From the UHGV virus genome UHGV-0016284: a stretch of 55,548 bases of DNA; one strand, written 5' to 3'. The stretch's first letter is position 1, and each line of letters opens with the position of its first letter. The DNA is from a virus. The notes under the pieces were generated by a model. The model saw only the letters and a program-made list of their open reading frames with translations. It searched no databases and was not told where the DNA came from. Below, in pieces: positions 10,067 to 19,464 of the stretch. The position numbers and the translations under genes are program-made.

Positions 10067-10169
10067 TATTGCCGCAATGGATGAGCGGATAGCAAAACTT
10101 GAAGCGCTTATCAGTCAGTTGACCGGAAGCGAAGAATAAGAGGTGATGTACGAAGAACATCGCCGCGCG

Positions 10170-10197
10170 AAACGAGGCTTACGCCTCGTTTCTTTTT
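10170..10197 (+). terminator. rho-independent terminator after the tail fibre gene
   Basis: Hairpin aacgaggc-ttac-gcctcgtt followed by tcttttt. Confidence 0.7.
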
Positions 10198-10451
10198 GTG
10201 TACCAAATCGTGACCAAATTGATAAATCAAAAACAAAAACAAATCATAAGATATTGAATGCAAACAGGTTTTTCGCTGAACTACCCATTCAAAAGATAAA
10301 CGGATAGTGCCATTTCTATAATTTCATATCGTGTCGCATCGTCACCGTTTCGCGTTGATTTAAAAAGAAATATTTATTCTATCGTGTCATATCGTTCCCT
10401 ATCGTGGTACTATCCATGCGTAAAATGTGTGTACCAAATAGTGACCAAATT
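10197..10451 (+). promoter_or_regulatory. putative attP / integrase regulatory region with 24-bp direct repeats and ATCGTG-type short repeats
   Basis: tgtgtaccaaatcgtgaccaaatt at 10197-10220 recurs (1 mismatch) at 10428-10451, directly abutting the int ATG; several tatcgtg/catcgtc repeats lie between; no tRNA-like sequence seen. Confidence 0.35.
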
Positions 10452-11651
10452 ATGCTTACAGATACCAAACTAAGAAACATCCACGGCAAGCCATACGACG
10501 GCCCGGAAGAAGTACCGGATGCGGGCGGATTGTCTGCCAGGATAAGCCCGCGCGGAGTTATATCTTTCCAGTATCGCTACCGATTCAACGGCAAGCCTCG
10601 ACGGATGAAGATCGGCACATACGGAGAAATAACACTTAAAGAAGCCCGCGCGGCGGTGGCTGAACATAAGGAAGTGTTAAACTCAGGACGAGATCCATCA
10701 ATCGTAAAAAGAATGCACTTTTCCCGCGTTACGACACGGGCAACGGTTGAGGATATTGTCAGGGAGTACATGGAATCACCACAGGCAAGAAACATGGTTA
10801 ACTATAAGCAGGTTGAAGCGATGTTGAATAAGCACGTCATCAGGCCATACGGTAGCTATATAGTCGATGATATGGACGCTATGATGTGGGAGGGTGTTTT
10901 TAGAAAGGTGGCTAATGGTGGTGCACCAGTTCAGGCGGGCATAGTTCTCAATAGAATGAAAGCGGTAATAAAATACGCCATGCGTCGCCGCCGCGTGGAT
11001 CGTGACGACATATCTTTACTACGCGTGAAAGACGTTGGTAAAAACCCGGCGCAAGGGAAGCGGGTTTTGTCAATACAGGAGATTCGCCATCTAATCAGCC
11101 TTATAGACAGTTCAAAAATGGCGCGTCTAAATCAGATATTGATGAAACTGATTATATTCACCGGATGCAGGACAAGCGAGCTAACAAACGCAAGGCGAGA
11201 ACATTTCGATCTTGATAACTGCGTGTGGACTGTGCCGGGTGCATTGAGTAAGAACAGAAACGAGTTTAAACGCGGTTTATCCGACGTTAGCGTCGATTTA
11301 TTGCGTGAGGCTATGGATCTGCATAGCTTTAATTTTGTCTTCGTTCCTGTGCTTTCTGGAAGGGATGAGGCGGTGGACAGAAGTGTACCGAAAACAGCGG
11401 CAAGGGATTTGATGTTAAGGATGGGCGGCGAGCCGTGGTCGTGTCACGATCTACGCCGCACTGTGAGAACGAACCTCTCTGCCATTGGCATTGCGCCTCA
11501 CGTTGCAGAAAAGGTTTTAGGTCATAAGCTGGCGGGGATGTTGGCTATATATGATCAGTATGACTACGTGAGGGAACAGACAGAGGCGATGAACATGCTT
11601 GCTGATTATTACATGAAGCCCATTGATTTACAAAATGAAATAACGTCCTGA
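10452..11651 (+). CDS. int: tyrosine integrase, P4-type
   Basis: N-terminus MLTDTKLRN...GLSARISPRGVISFQYRYRFNGKPRRMKIGTYGEITLKEARA is the characteristic P4-family start; C-terminal catalytic region with HDLRRT and LGH...Y-containing tail. The track start at 10404 is probably an upstream extension. Confidence 0.9.
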   Translation: MLTDTKLRNIHGKPYDGPEEVPDAGGLSARISPRGVISFQYRYRFNGKPRRMKIGTYGEITLKEARAAVAEHKEVLNSGRDPSIVKRMHFSRVTTRATVEDIVREYMESPQARNMVNYKQVEAMLNKHVIRPYGSYIVDDMDAMMWEGVFRKVANGGAPVQAGIVLNRMKAVIKYAMRRRRVDRDDISLLRVKDVGKNPAQGKRVLSIQEIRHLISLIDSSKMARLNQILMKLIIFTGCRTSELTNARREHFDLDNCVWTVPGALSKNRNEFKRGLSDVSVDLLREAMDLHSFNFVFVPVLSGRDEAVDRSVPKTAARDLMLRMGGEPWSCHDLRRTVRTNLSAIGIAPHVAEKVLGHKLAGMLAIYDQYDYVREQTEAMNMLADYYMKPIDLQNEITS

Positions 11652-11827
11652 TAACGGTAAAGAGATCCGCCGCGCTTTAACGCTGGCATTCCCTTAACGG
11701 GTTCAGGGAATGGAGTACCTGAATCCTTCCATTTTTTAACCAGCTTAAAAAATGCTGACTTACTTAGCCCGCCTAACATTTTTTGCACTTGCTCACGATT
11801 AATAAGAATTGCGCCGATCTTATCCAT
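11609..11827 (-). CDS. AlpA/Xis-like small DNA-binding protein (putative excisionase or regulator)
   Basis: 72 aa; pattern L.G.SKS.FFKLVKK...FP.PVK......W...DV resembles the AlpA/excisionase HTH family; convergent with and overlapping the int 3' end. Confidence 0.5.
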   Translation of the reverse strand: MDKIGAILINREQVQKMLGGLSKSAFFKLVKKWKDSGTPFPEPVKGMPALKRGGSLYRYQDVISFCKSMGFM

Positions 11828-12474
11828 TATCTTTTCCCCGTGTATTCAACGTGTCCGATACATCCATCAATAATAGCTTGCGCCATATTGCGATAATCGC
11901 ACGAAAAATCATTGTCGCGGTTAAAGTTAATCTCTTTTGCCGCGTCTTCACCAATCACCTTAGTAGCCAGCGCAAACGCAATTTGTGACAGTGCTTTTTC
12001 TTTTGGATCTATCCATCTGCGATATTTAAACGAATTCCATCTGGCTGTTTCTTCGTGTTTCCCATCCTTTCTAACAAAGATTCCTAACTCATCACCAGTA
12101 AAAATATATTTAGCTACGCAGTACATAGGGGCAAATTCCCCTGGGTAAAATTCGAGCCATACATCTAACGGCGGTCTTTCTCCTGGCTGCCATTCCTCGA
12201 CTTTCTGCTTATCGCAGTCACGGCGTTCGTCTTCGATTAATTCATCAATAACTTCACTTTCTTTATTCATGCCGTCATCATCCTTTTCAGGGAAGCGCAC
12301 AAAGCGCCACGTATTAGCCATCAACGTATAAGATTCGCCGCCAACCTTAGATCCTGCGTAATACTCCGTACCAAAATCGTAATAGCTAGAAAACGTTGTC
12401 ACTTCAAAAGGAGGAATATCAACGCGGAAGCGGTGAATCATTGTGCCTATTGCACGAGGTGTTTTATTTGCCAT
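11827..12474 (-). CDS. hypothetical protein (215 aa)
   Basis: Long ORF in operon context (start overlaps upstream stop); no motif recognised. Confidence 0.5.
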   Translation of the reverse strand: MANKTPRAIGTMIHRFRVDIPPFEVTTFSSYYDFGTEYYAGSKVGGESYTLMANTWRFVRFPEKDDDGMNKESEVIDELIEDERRDCDKQKVEEWQPGERPPLDVWLEFYPGEFAPMYCVAKYIFTGDELGIFVRKDGKHEETARWNSFKYRRWIDPKEKALSQIAFALATKVIGEDAAKEINFNRDNDFSCDYRNMAQAIIDGCIGHVEYTGKR

Positions 12475-12475
12475 A

Positions 12476-12637
12476 TTACGCCACCGTTACATTGTCAATT
12501 TTGATAAAATATTCAGGGTGATTTTCTATTTCGTGCTTAAAGTGCGCGTGACACAATCGCCAATCACGCGCCTGGTTGTGAAAGTAATAAACGTATTCGC
12601 CATCAATCTTATACAAAATGCCTGTAGGTTTAGCCAT
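12476..12637 (-). CDS. small hypothetical protein (53 aa, Cys/His-containing)
   Basis: ATG at 12637; MAKPTGILYKIDGEYVYYFHNQARDWRLCHAHFKHEIENHPEYFIKIDNVTVA; tightly packed between neighbours; below the ORF-track size cut-off. Confidence 0.3.
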   Translation of the reverse strand: MAKPTGILYKIDGEYVYYFHNQARDWRLCHAHFKHEIENHPEYFIKIDNVTVA

Positions 12638-13082
12638 GTAATAACGAACCATTATTGCCCCAGCGTTTTATAAATTCCTCGTTTAACTTCGTATCGCCAG
12701 ACCACTGAACACCATGTTCCGCACCGAACGAGTAGATCAGTTCGATTAATTCGCTAAACTCTGCTTTACTCATCCGGCTGGTTGACGTACCCAGCACAAC
12801 AAATCCTGATTTATCCAGGTTAGGGACAACGCCATATTTCTTAAGCCCGGCAGTAAATACCGCCTTCCAGTCTTCAGGTGACAACTTCTTGCCGTACCAA
12901 TTAACCTGATCGCTAACATCTGTCAGCAACGCCCAAAGCAACGCGTTTTGACTCAGTGAGCGTGTTTTTCCATGGATGGTAATTATCAGCGGGCTTTTGC
13001 TATCAGGCTGAATACCCCTTATCTGCCTGATAGCATTTTCTTTCACGGCGTCGTTTACTATTTCAAATCTAATTTGCCGCAT
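12630..13082 (-). CDS. ninB: NinB-type recombination protein
   Basis: Aligns by eye with lambda NinB: ...KSPLIITIHGKTRSLSQNALLWALLTDVSDQVNWYGKKLSPEDWKAVFTAGLKK..VVPNLDKSGFVVLGTSTSRMSKAEFSELIELIYSFGAEHGVQWS. Confidence 0.85.
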   Translation of the reverse strand: MRQIRFEIVNDAVKENAIRQIRGIQPDSKSPLIITIHGKTRSLSQNALLWALLTDVSDQVNWYGKKLSPEDWKAVFTAGLKKYGVVPNLDKSGFVVLGTSTSRMSKAEFSELIELIYSFGAEHGVQWSGDTKLNEEFIKRWGNNGSLLHG

Positions 13083-13296
13083 TATTTCTTTTTGCCTTAT
13101 TTTTCGCTTTATATTCCTGCCAACTTTCCCAGCGCGCTTTTATAATTGCATCAAGACTTACCAATCTTGAAGAAGTCATAAAAGCGCCTTTTAAATATTT
13201 CATATCAACCGTGACAGGCTTATCAGGATCGCCGCCGCGCATGTATTCCGCAATTGTGCTTAAGTCTTCCACGGTCAAATCTAATTCCCTATTCAT
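13069..13296 (-). CDS. hypothetical protein (75 aa)
   Basis: ORF in operon; no motif recognised. Confidence 0.45.
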   Translation of the reverse strand: MNRELDLTVEDLSTIAEYMRGGDPDKPVTVDMKYLKGAFMTSSRLVSLDAIIKARWESWQEYKAKNKAKRNNAAN

Positions 13297-13305
13297 GGTT
13301 GCCCC

Positions 13306-13512
13306 TTACACAATCCGCATTGTGTTTCGTAGTTCACCGCGCAACGCCAGCAACGCGTAACGAATTGGCACAAAAGCCCGATTAAATTTTACGTGCTTAT
13401 ACTTGCGCATTAGTGGCGGCGTATAAATCATCGTGCCGCAAGGATCGCATGTGAATTTAAAGTGAGATTCGTCAATAAACGTTTCAACTGAATAAAAAAT
13501 TACCCGTCTCAT
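13306..13512 (-). CDS. hypothetical protein (68 aa)
   Basis: ORF in operon; overlaps the upstream gene by 4 nt. Confidence 0.4.
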   Translation of the reverse strand: MRRVIFYSVETFIDESHFKFTCDPCGTMIYTPPLMRKYKHVKFNRAFVPIRYALLALRGELRNTMRIV

Positions 13513-14066
13513 AATTCCAACCCCGTTTCACCGTTAAGTTTTTCTATTTCAAATACTGGTTTATCCGGCAACAAGCCATTATTTTTCCGGTATTCGTTCA
13601 GGCGGCTATCAAAGTCAAACGCCAGATCATTGGCGTGACCGAATCGCCCAGGTTTAAACAGTGAGTAAAAGTTAACGCCGTGTCTATTTGGATCAACGCA
13701 AAGCGTTTCATCAATCACCATTAAACGCATAGTACGAGAAAGATAATTCCACGGTATTCCCGTTTCAGCGCTAATGTCGCGCATACGTTTTTTAACGCTG
13801 TAGTCACCAAATAACGACGCAACACGCTTACGACGTTCAGCATATAACTGTTTAATGCGATAACCCAGCAGGCGGCGGCGGCGTCCAAAACATGTATACA
13901 CGCGCTCGACGATGCCGTTTTTTATTAAGTGTTTAATTGTCTCAGGCATGATTCCATCCTTATCATACCAAGCCAATAACCCTGTTTTCTGGCGTAACTG
14001 GTGCATTGTTGCGATGCCATCAAGTTCAAGGATATTGATAATTTTTGTTTCAATTTCAGCGCTCAT
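13509..14066 (-). CDS. hypothetical protein (185 aa), downstream of the helicase gene
   Basis: ORF in operon; basic, possibly winged-helix-like; no firm motif. Confidence 0.5.
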   Translation of the reverse strand: MSAEIETKIINILELDGIATMHQLRQKTGLLAWYDKDGIMPETIKHLIKNGIVERVYTCFGRRRRLLGYRIKQLYAERRKRVASLFGDYSVKKRMRDISAETGIPWNYLSRTMRLMVIDETLCVDPNRHGVNFYSLFKPGRFGHANDLAFDFDSRLNEYRKNNGLLPDKPVFEIEKLNGETGLEL

Positions 14067-14142
14067 TTTTAGCCTCGTTTAAAACGCGATAACAGCCACC
14101 AGAAAGCGGTAAACTTTCCGGTAAGCCGTTTGCTCAGATTAA

Positions 14143-15558
14143 TTAAAAAGATGTGTTATTCTGATTGTTTCGTTGGTTAAAACGGCTTGTGCGATGATTC
14201 ATTGACTGAATACACGCGGCGGCTGCGCGAGCCTGGTCGCATGGCAAGATATTACCGTTGTCATCAAACCGCTGGTAAACAGTTCCAGACTTACCATGAC
14301 GGTTTTTGGACACAATGATTTCCATATATTCGCGGGCAACAGACTGTTCGTCGTAATACCCATCGCGGTAAACCATGATGATCCTGTCGGCATCTTGCTC
14401 AAGGTTGCCAGAATCACGAAGATCAGAATTGTTAGGGCGCTTGTTCGGTCGTTCCTCAACGCGGCGTGACAGTTGCGCCAGCGCCAACACTGGTACACGC
14501 AATTCTTTCGCCATCATCTTTAACGACCACGACAATTGCCCAACGGCGAGATCGTGACGTTCGGCCTTAGCCAGCTGCATTAAGCCGATATAGTCAATCA
14601 TTACCATACCCAAATTTGGGTGATCCTGTTTCATGCGTTCCGTTGTTGCGCGTATTTCCTCAACCGTTAACTGCGACGCGTCAACGATCCACACATCAAG
14701 GTTAGCAAGTGCGCTCATACCCTGGCCGACATGCGCCCACCCTTCATCATCAAGTTTTACCGGATTGCGCAGGCAGTCAGTTGATAAATTACCAGCGCCA
14801 GCGATAGCTCGCTCAGTCATCTGATCGAGTGACATTTCAAGAGTGAAGAACAAAACGCCAACCCGCTGATCTTTACTGCCAGGGTAAGGGCGTTCAGCGG
14901 CAGCGCGGGCAATTGTCAGCGCCAACGCAGATTTACCAGACCCAGGGCGTCCGGCGAGAAGTACCAAATCAGTAGCGTTAATGCCGCCTAACATTTCATC
15001 GAGCGGGTCAATACCTGTTTTGATGTTGTCAGAATTAACACCGCATTCCATGCGCTTGCTTAAAACATCCGTATATTCCTGTACCGCATCGCGCAACAAC
15101 ACCGGAATGATCTTGTCTTTCGTTACCTTTAATTTTGAATATCGGGAATCAAAATCCTTCATCGTCTCTTTGACGACCTCAAGCGTACCTGTTTCCAGCT
15201 TGTAACGCATATCGTCGATGAGTTCCAACATCTGCCGCCGCTGGTGCTCTTCACGTAGTAGCTGTGCGTATCCCTTCAGGTTGGCAGCAGACGGGCACGA
15301 TCGCGCCGTTTGCATTAGCGGTACAAAGTTTTCATTGCCAATCTCATCGCCAACCAATAACGCGTCGATAAGATTTCTGTTTCTGGCTTGCGCCCGGATA
15401 ACTTCAAACGCACGTTTATACAGCGGAATCGTGAACACTTCAGGATCAAGCGTGGCGAGAACATCTTGCGCGTTAGGAGTAAGGCCACCCAACAACAGCC
15501 CGCCGATAACTGACGCCTCACGTTCCTGCCGTAGTGAGTTTATTTGCTCAGTTACCAT
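14143..15558 (-). CDS. replicative DNA helicase, DnaB family
   Basis: Walker A GRPGSGKSALALTIA, DnaB-like N-terminal domain, RecA-fold C-terminal half (VMIDYIGLMQ; LAQLSRRVEERPNKRP). Confidence 0.85.
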   Translation of the reverse strand: MVTEQINSLRQEREASVIGGLLLGGLTPNAQDVLATLDPEVFTIPLYKRAFEVIRAQARNRNLIDALLVGDEIGNENFVPLMQTARSCPSAANLKGYAQLLREEHQRRQMLELIDDMRYKLETGTLEVVKETMKDFDSRYSKLKVTKDKIIPVLLRDAVQEYTDVLSKRMECGVNSDNIKTGIDPLDEMLGGINATDLVLLAGRPGSGKSALALTIARAAAERPYPGSKDQRVGVLFFTLEMSLDQMTERAIAGAGNLSTDCLRNPVKLDDEGWAHVGQGMSALANLDVWIVDASQLTVEEIRATTERMKQDHPNLGMVMIDYIGLMQLAKAERHDLAVGQLSWSLKMMAKELRVPVLALAQLSRRVEERPNKRPNNSDLRDSGNLEQDADRIIMVYRDGYYDEQSVAREYMEIIVSKNRHGKSGTVYQRFDDNGNILPCDQARAAAACIQSMNHRTSRFNQRNNQNNTSF

Positions 15559-15576
15559 TATGTTATTGCCTCCGGT

Positions 15577-16695
15577 TTACAAAATGGAATATTCAGGGTA
15601 ATAAACAAAGCGCCCTATCTCACCATGATCCGGGCTGTAAATAATCACCGCTGCCAGCCGACGCGACCGCCAGCCGCCATTAGTTGAATATGCGTCTTTG
15701 CCCGCTAACGTTCCGTGGTGTTCGACGATCCCCAATGATGTTTCAACGACAGATTGGTGGTGTAGGTGTCCAGTGTGAGCGTAAACAGCAACCGACTTGC
15801 CGAAATCCTCCCGCCAGTCAGATACGCAAGCCGACAATAAATTTTCTGGCTTTTTGATAGTGTGCCCGTGGTGGTAAGCAAGGAATGTTTTACCGTACTG
15901 CGTGTGGTGGACGATAGCAGGGGACACATCAACAGTTACGCGCGGTTCGTCTTCGTAAAAAGCTGCCAGCGCCGCACGTAGCCAAATCATGCCTGACTGA
16001 TCGTGATTGCCTGATAACACCTGGATTTCAACATCCTTATGATTTAACAACATTTTACCTACCGCCCGCCGGACCGACCGGATCGCCACATAAACAAGTT
16101 TTGCGTAGCGCGAATCACAATCTAGGACGTGATTGCTTGATGGTGTGACTGGTAATAGCCCGTCAGTGTGAAGTAGATCGCCACCGAGAAGCAATACAGC
16201 TTTTTCAGACATCGGCGCAGCGCCTACAGCGTAGTCGAAGAAGTCATTCAACACGCGCTCAGCGATCCCGGTGTCGTAGCTCTCTCCACATTCTGCTCTG
16301 TGAGCAAGCGCCCCGATATGCAGATCAAATACCGGATAAAGGGCCAGGCTTTTTTGGAAATCAATTTCAGGCACTGGCACAGCCTCCGCGCGTGGTATCT
16401 CATCCGTGAAAGCGTCGCGGGCCGCTTCCATTAGCTGTTCCATTTCGTCGCGGTCACGGGCTGTTTTAATCCAGCGCATGATCACATTGCCGTTCTTATC
16501 GACCAGTAACGACTCGCCATTGACGCCAAAACCAGGGGCGCGGCGCGTTGATAATAAACCGCGTTTCGCCAGCTTTGCGCCCAGCCGCTCGACGTTGCGT
16601 TTTGACATACCATATTTTTCAGCGATCTGCTTGTACGTTAAACCGTTGTTATATTCAGCGATCAATTGCTCATCGCTTATCTTTCTTTGTGACAT
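15577..16695 (-). CDS. fusion protein: N-terminal helix-turn-helix plus C-terminal calcineurin-like metallophosphoesterase
   Basis: N-terminus LTYKQIAEKYGMSKRNVERL (HTH). C-terminal half carries the ordered metallophosphoesterase motifs DLHIG, GGDLLHTDG, GNHD, HHGH, GHLHH. Confidence 0.6.
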   Translation of the reverse strand: MSQRKISDEQLIAEYNNGLTYKQIAEKYGMSKRNVERLGAKLAKRGLLSTRRAPGFGVNGESLLVDKNGNVIMRWIKTARDRDEMEQLMEAARDAFTDEIPRAEAVPVPEIDFQKSLALYPVFDLHIGALAHRAECGESYDTGIAERVLNDFFDYAVGAAPMSEKAVLLLGGDLLHTDGLLPVTPSSNHVLDCDSRYAKLVYVAIRSVRRAVGKMLLNHKDVEIQVLSGNHDQSGMIWLRAALAAFYEDEPRVTVDVSPAIVHHTQYGKTFLAYHHGHTIKKPENLLSACVSDWREDFGKSVAVYAHTGHLHHQSVVETSLGIVEHHGTLAGKDAYSTNGGWRSRRLAAVIIYSPDHGEIGRFVYYPEYSIL

Positions 16696-16729
16696 AGTGT
16701 CATTTCCTCACGAATAACAAATTGTATAC

Positions 16730-17398
16730 TTAGTTACAAGTTAAAAGCTCAGTGATCCATACTTGTCCTTTAGCAGTGAATACAGCCTGCTCATATCCAT
16801 CGTGAGTTACCCTCATTTCACCGTAGCCCTCATCAATAAACCACTGACTAAATACACGGCGGCGACAGCGAAGATCGTAAACACCAACAGCCGAAAGTTT
16901 TCTGTTTAATTTTACGGCTGACATTCCCAGCGGTTTAGCAACCTCTGAAGCCGTTCGGTGCATATCGTTTTTGACTATCGCGTCACATACAGCCGCTTTT
17001 GGCGCAAGTTCCTTATTAACCAGTGCAAGCCGTTCTTTTTCCTCAGCAAGATCGGCAGCAAGGCGCAACGCTTCGCTTAATGTTTGAGGAATTGCAGGGG
17101 CGTTTTGCTGTACCCGTTTTTCAAGTTCCTGCCAGCGGTCGATGATGCGAGCACGTAACTCAACGCTATAGCCAGATACAACCAGCAAAGAGTCACGCTT
17201 AGTTAAAAGCCATTCCCTCTGTGTTTGATTGTTGTATCCTTTGTAAGTTACTGATTTGCTTGATTCCCCCAAATTTGGGGCAATGACGTCAATGTCTCTC
17301 AATATGTGATCGTGCCGTTTACCAGTTAGCTTGGCGATCTCACGAGAAGACATTGTTAATACTTCGTTCGCCCCATTAAGCGCCATTAATTCAGACAT
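16730..17398 (-). CDS. Rha-family phage regulatory protein / antirepressor-like
   Basis: N-terminus ...TMSSREIAKLTGKRHDHILRDI is the Rha-family signature; C-terminal coiled-coil/KilA-C-like region. Confidence 0.6.
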   Translation of the reverse strand: MSELMALNGANEVLTMSSREIAKLTGKRHDHILRDIDVIAPNLGESSKSVTYKGYNNQTQREWLLTKRDSLLVVSGYSVELRARIIDRWQELEKRVQQNAPAIPQTLSEALRLAADLAEEKERLALVNKELAPKAAVCDAIVKNDMHRTASEVAKPLGMSAVKLNRKLSAVGVYDLRCRRRVFSQWFIDEGYGEMRVTHDGYEQAVFTAKGQVWITELLTCN

Positions 17399-17479
17399 TT
17401 TATTTTCTCCGGTTTACTGAATATATATTCACAAAGAAAATTGACATCACCCGCCATAAATGACGTGGTTCTAATGCTT

Positions 17480-19297
17480 TCAATGGTGAAATAAACCTTT
17501 AACCTTGCTAAAGAATCCGTCTTCTGGCTTTTTATCGAGCCGGTACAGTAATTCTTTTACTTTGTCTTGCAATGCCATTATCAGCTTACGATAACGTTCA
17601 TGATTGCGCTGTTGACGCTGTTTCAGGTCGCCCATGTACCGTTTTTGTGCTGCCCGGCGTTGCATGTTGCGAGCAATCAGTTTGTTATATCTGTCTGATA
17701 GTTGGTTATAGCCAGATTGTAAGATGTTCACATTATTTTGCAGTTCCAGTTTATCATCCTCAAGTTCTGCCACTTTAAGCTGATAGCCCTTGATAACTAG
17801 AGCCTTGTTGCCTGCCTCCTGTTGTTGCACTTTGATTATTTCCTTCGCTTCTGTCAGATCTGCACGAAGGTCGTTGATTGTTTGTTTGTCTGCCGCAGCT
17901 TTCGCTTTTGCGTCTTCGTCATTTGCAGCGTTGAGTTTTTGGCGTAGTTCGCAATTAGTTTTTACCAGGTTGTCGCGCTCACTTTCCAGCTTCTGGCGTT
18001 TACCCTGTTCGTCACCAAATGCCTTATTCGCCTCGCTGTATTGGTGTTTCCAGTAGTCAACGCGTTGCTGATAGTTGTCGCGATCTTCTCTCGCTATGTT
18101 GAGCACTCCATGTAATTCCTTGATTTGTCCTTCCAGCGTTTTTACCTGGCATTTAAGATCTCCCACCTGTTTGCTATCTGTTTGCTGCGCAATAGCCGCG
18201 CTGATATGGTTGTCTTTAAATTTGCGAAAGGCCACCGATAAATCAACCCGATCCTTTTCCGCCCCTATACGTGCAACTATCATCCCTGCTATCTCAAACG
18301 GCGCATAGCCTTTTTTGATCTGCATGTCACAGTGTTCAGTGCAATAGATGTAACCAGGAAGTTTATTCAGGCTTTCGATGCGGTGGCGCAATTCGTCATC
18401 GTCAACACCATAAGCCGAAGCAATGTCCATCAGATTGATTTCATCTGTGTCATTAACGCGAACATCGTAACCGTGGAATTTAAACGCTCTAGGTAACTTC
18501 TGTTCCGGCGGTTCAGTGTTAATTTCTATTTGCTTCATTTCTTCACCTTCATAATAACGCTGTTTAATGTGTTCCGCTTCCTCTGGTGAGATATAATCAG
18601 GGAAGTTATTTATTTGTTTGCCGAAATACTTGATCTCACCCTGGATGCGCGCCTTTATTGCGTCGTTGATGTTGTTGAAACAACCAAGATTGTGAGTCAT
18701 TCCATCAGCTGAAATATACGCCCTCCATTTATTAGTCACTTTGTCCAAATAAATACCTTTGATTCCGCTATCTCCAAAAGGCTGACGTTTTACGTTAATC
18801 TCACTGAGTGTGATTAATTTCAGGTTTTCAATTTTCACGCATGAGTCATCAGCGTTTTCTATTACATAACCATCAGGAATAGGGCCGTTAAACATTTCCC
18901 ACACAATGCGATGCAAGTAATATTGGGCGTGATTTATTTTCAACCTAAATTTTTTAGCTACTTTTGCTCTGTCTTCACTCCCGCGAATAATATCGCCAGG
19001 TTTGATACGATTTTTCCCCACTCCCCGCGCCACCTTACTGACCAGATAACCATCAGGATGATAATCAAATAATTCAGGCCAGTTTTCCGCACACTGGCTG
19101 CAATCAGCGTACTGAATATCGCCAGCTTCCACCGCTGTTATTTCCTTCCAATAGCCACCGGCCACCATGCGTACAAACTCGCTTTCTTTACCCCAATGAT
19201 TCCACGTTTGATATTTACGCTTCCGCATAAACACCATTCCTTCATCAATTTTTGCAAACAATTTACTTCCTCTTATCGATATAAAATATCTAGACAT
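17480..19297 (-). CDS. multidomain HNH endonuclease (HNH + AP2-like + Bro-N/KilA-N-like) with long C-terminal coiled coil
   Basis: YLHRIVWEMFNGPIPDGYVIEN.DD..VKIENLKLIT (HNH_3-like); IKGIYLDKVTNKWRAYISADGMTHNLGCFNNINDAIKAR (AP2-like); FKFHGYDVRV..EINLMDIASAYGV (Bro-N-like); about 230 aa heptad-rich tail. Start set to ATG at 19297 (GAGG ribosome-binding site); track start 19345 is TTG. Confidence 0.6.
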   Translation of the reverse strand: MSRYFISIRGSKLFAKIDEGMVFMRKRKYQTWNHWGKESEFVRMVAGGYWKEITAVEAGDIQYADCSQCAENWPELFDYHPDGYLVSKVARGVGKNRIKPGDIIRGSEDRAKVAKKFRLKINHAQYYLHRIVWEMFNGPIPDGYVIENADDSCVKIENLKLITLSEINVKRQPFGDSGIKGIYLDKVTNKWRAYISADGMTHNLGCFNNINDAIKARIQGEIKYFGKQINNFPDYISPEEAEHIKQRYYEGEEMKQIEINTEPPEQKLPRAFKFHGYDVRVNDTDEINLMDIASAYGVDDDELRHRIESLNKLPGYIYCTEHCDMQIKKGYAPFEIAGMIVARIGAEKDRVDLSVAFRKFKDNHISAAIAQQTDSKQVGDLKCQVKTLEGQIKELHGVLNIAREDRDNYQQRVDYWKHQYSEANKAFGDEQGKRQKLESERDNLVKTNCELRQKLNAANDEDAKAKAAADKQTINDLRADLTEAKEIIKVQQQEAGNKALVIKGYQLKVAELEDDKLELQNNVNILQSGYNQLSDRYNKLIARNMQRRAAQKRYMGDLKQRQQRNHERYRKLIMALQDKVKELLYRLDKKPEDGFFSKVKGLFHH

Positions 19298-19464
19298 TAT
19301 TAATACCTCGCATTTAGTAATTTGCTTTTGCATGGATACAATCAATAAAACGCGCTACAACGCAAAAATCCCACCGCGTAACCCATTTGCACAGGTTGCA
19401 GTGTCTTATTGCGTCAGAGGCGCTTTCAGGTGGCTAATTTTTGATTTACAGACTGGTATGAAGG

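Noticed and set aside
10077-10139. 20-codon ORF (MDERIAKLEALISQLTGSEE) after the tail fibre gene, possible tail-fibre assembly remnant
   Set aside because: No ribosome-binding site and too short to assess; not called.
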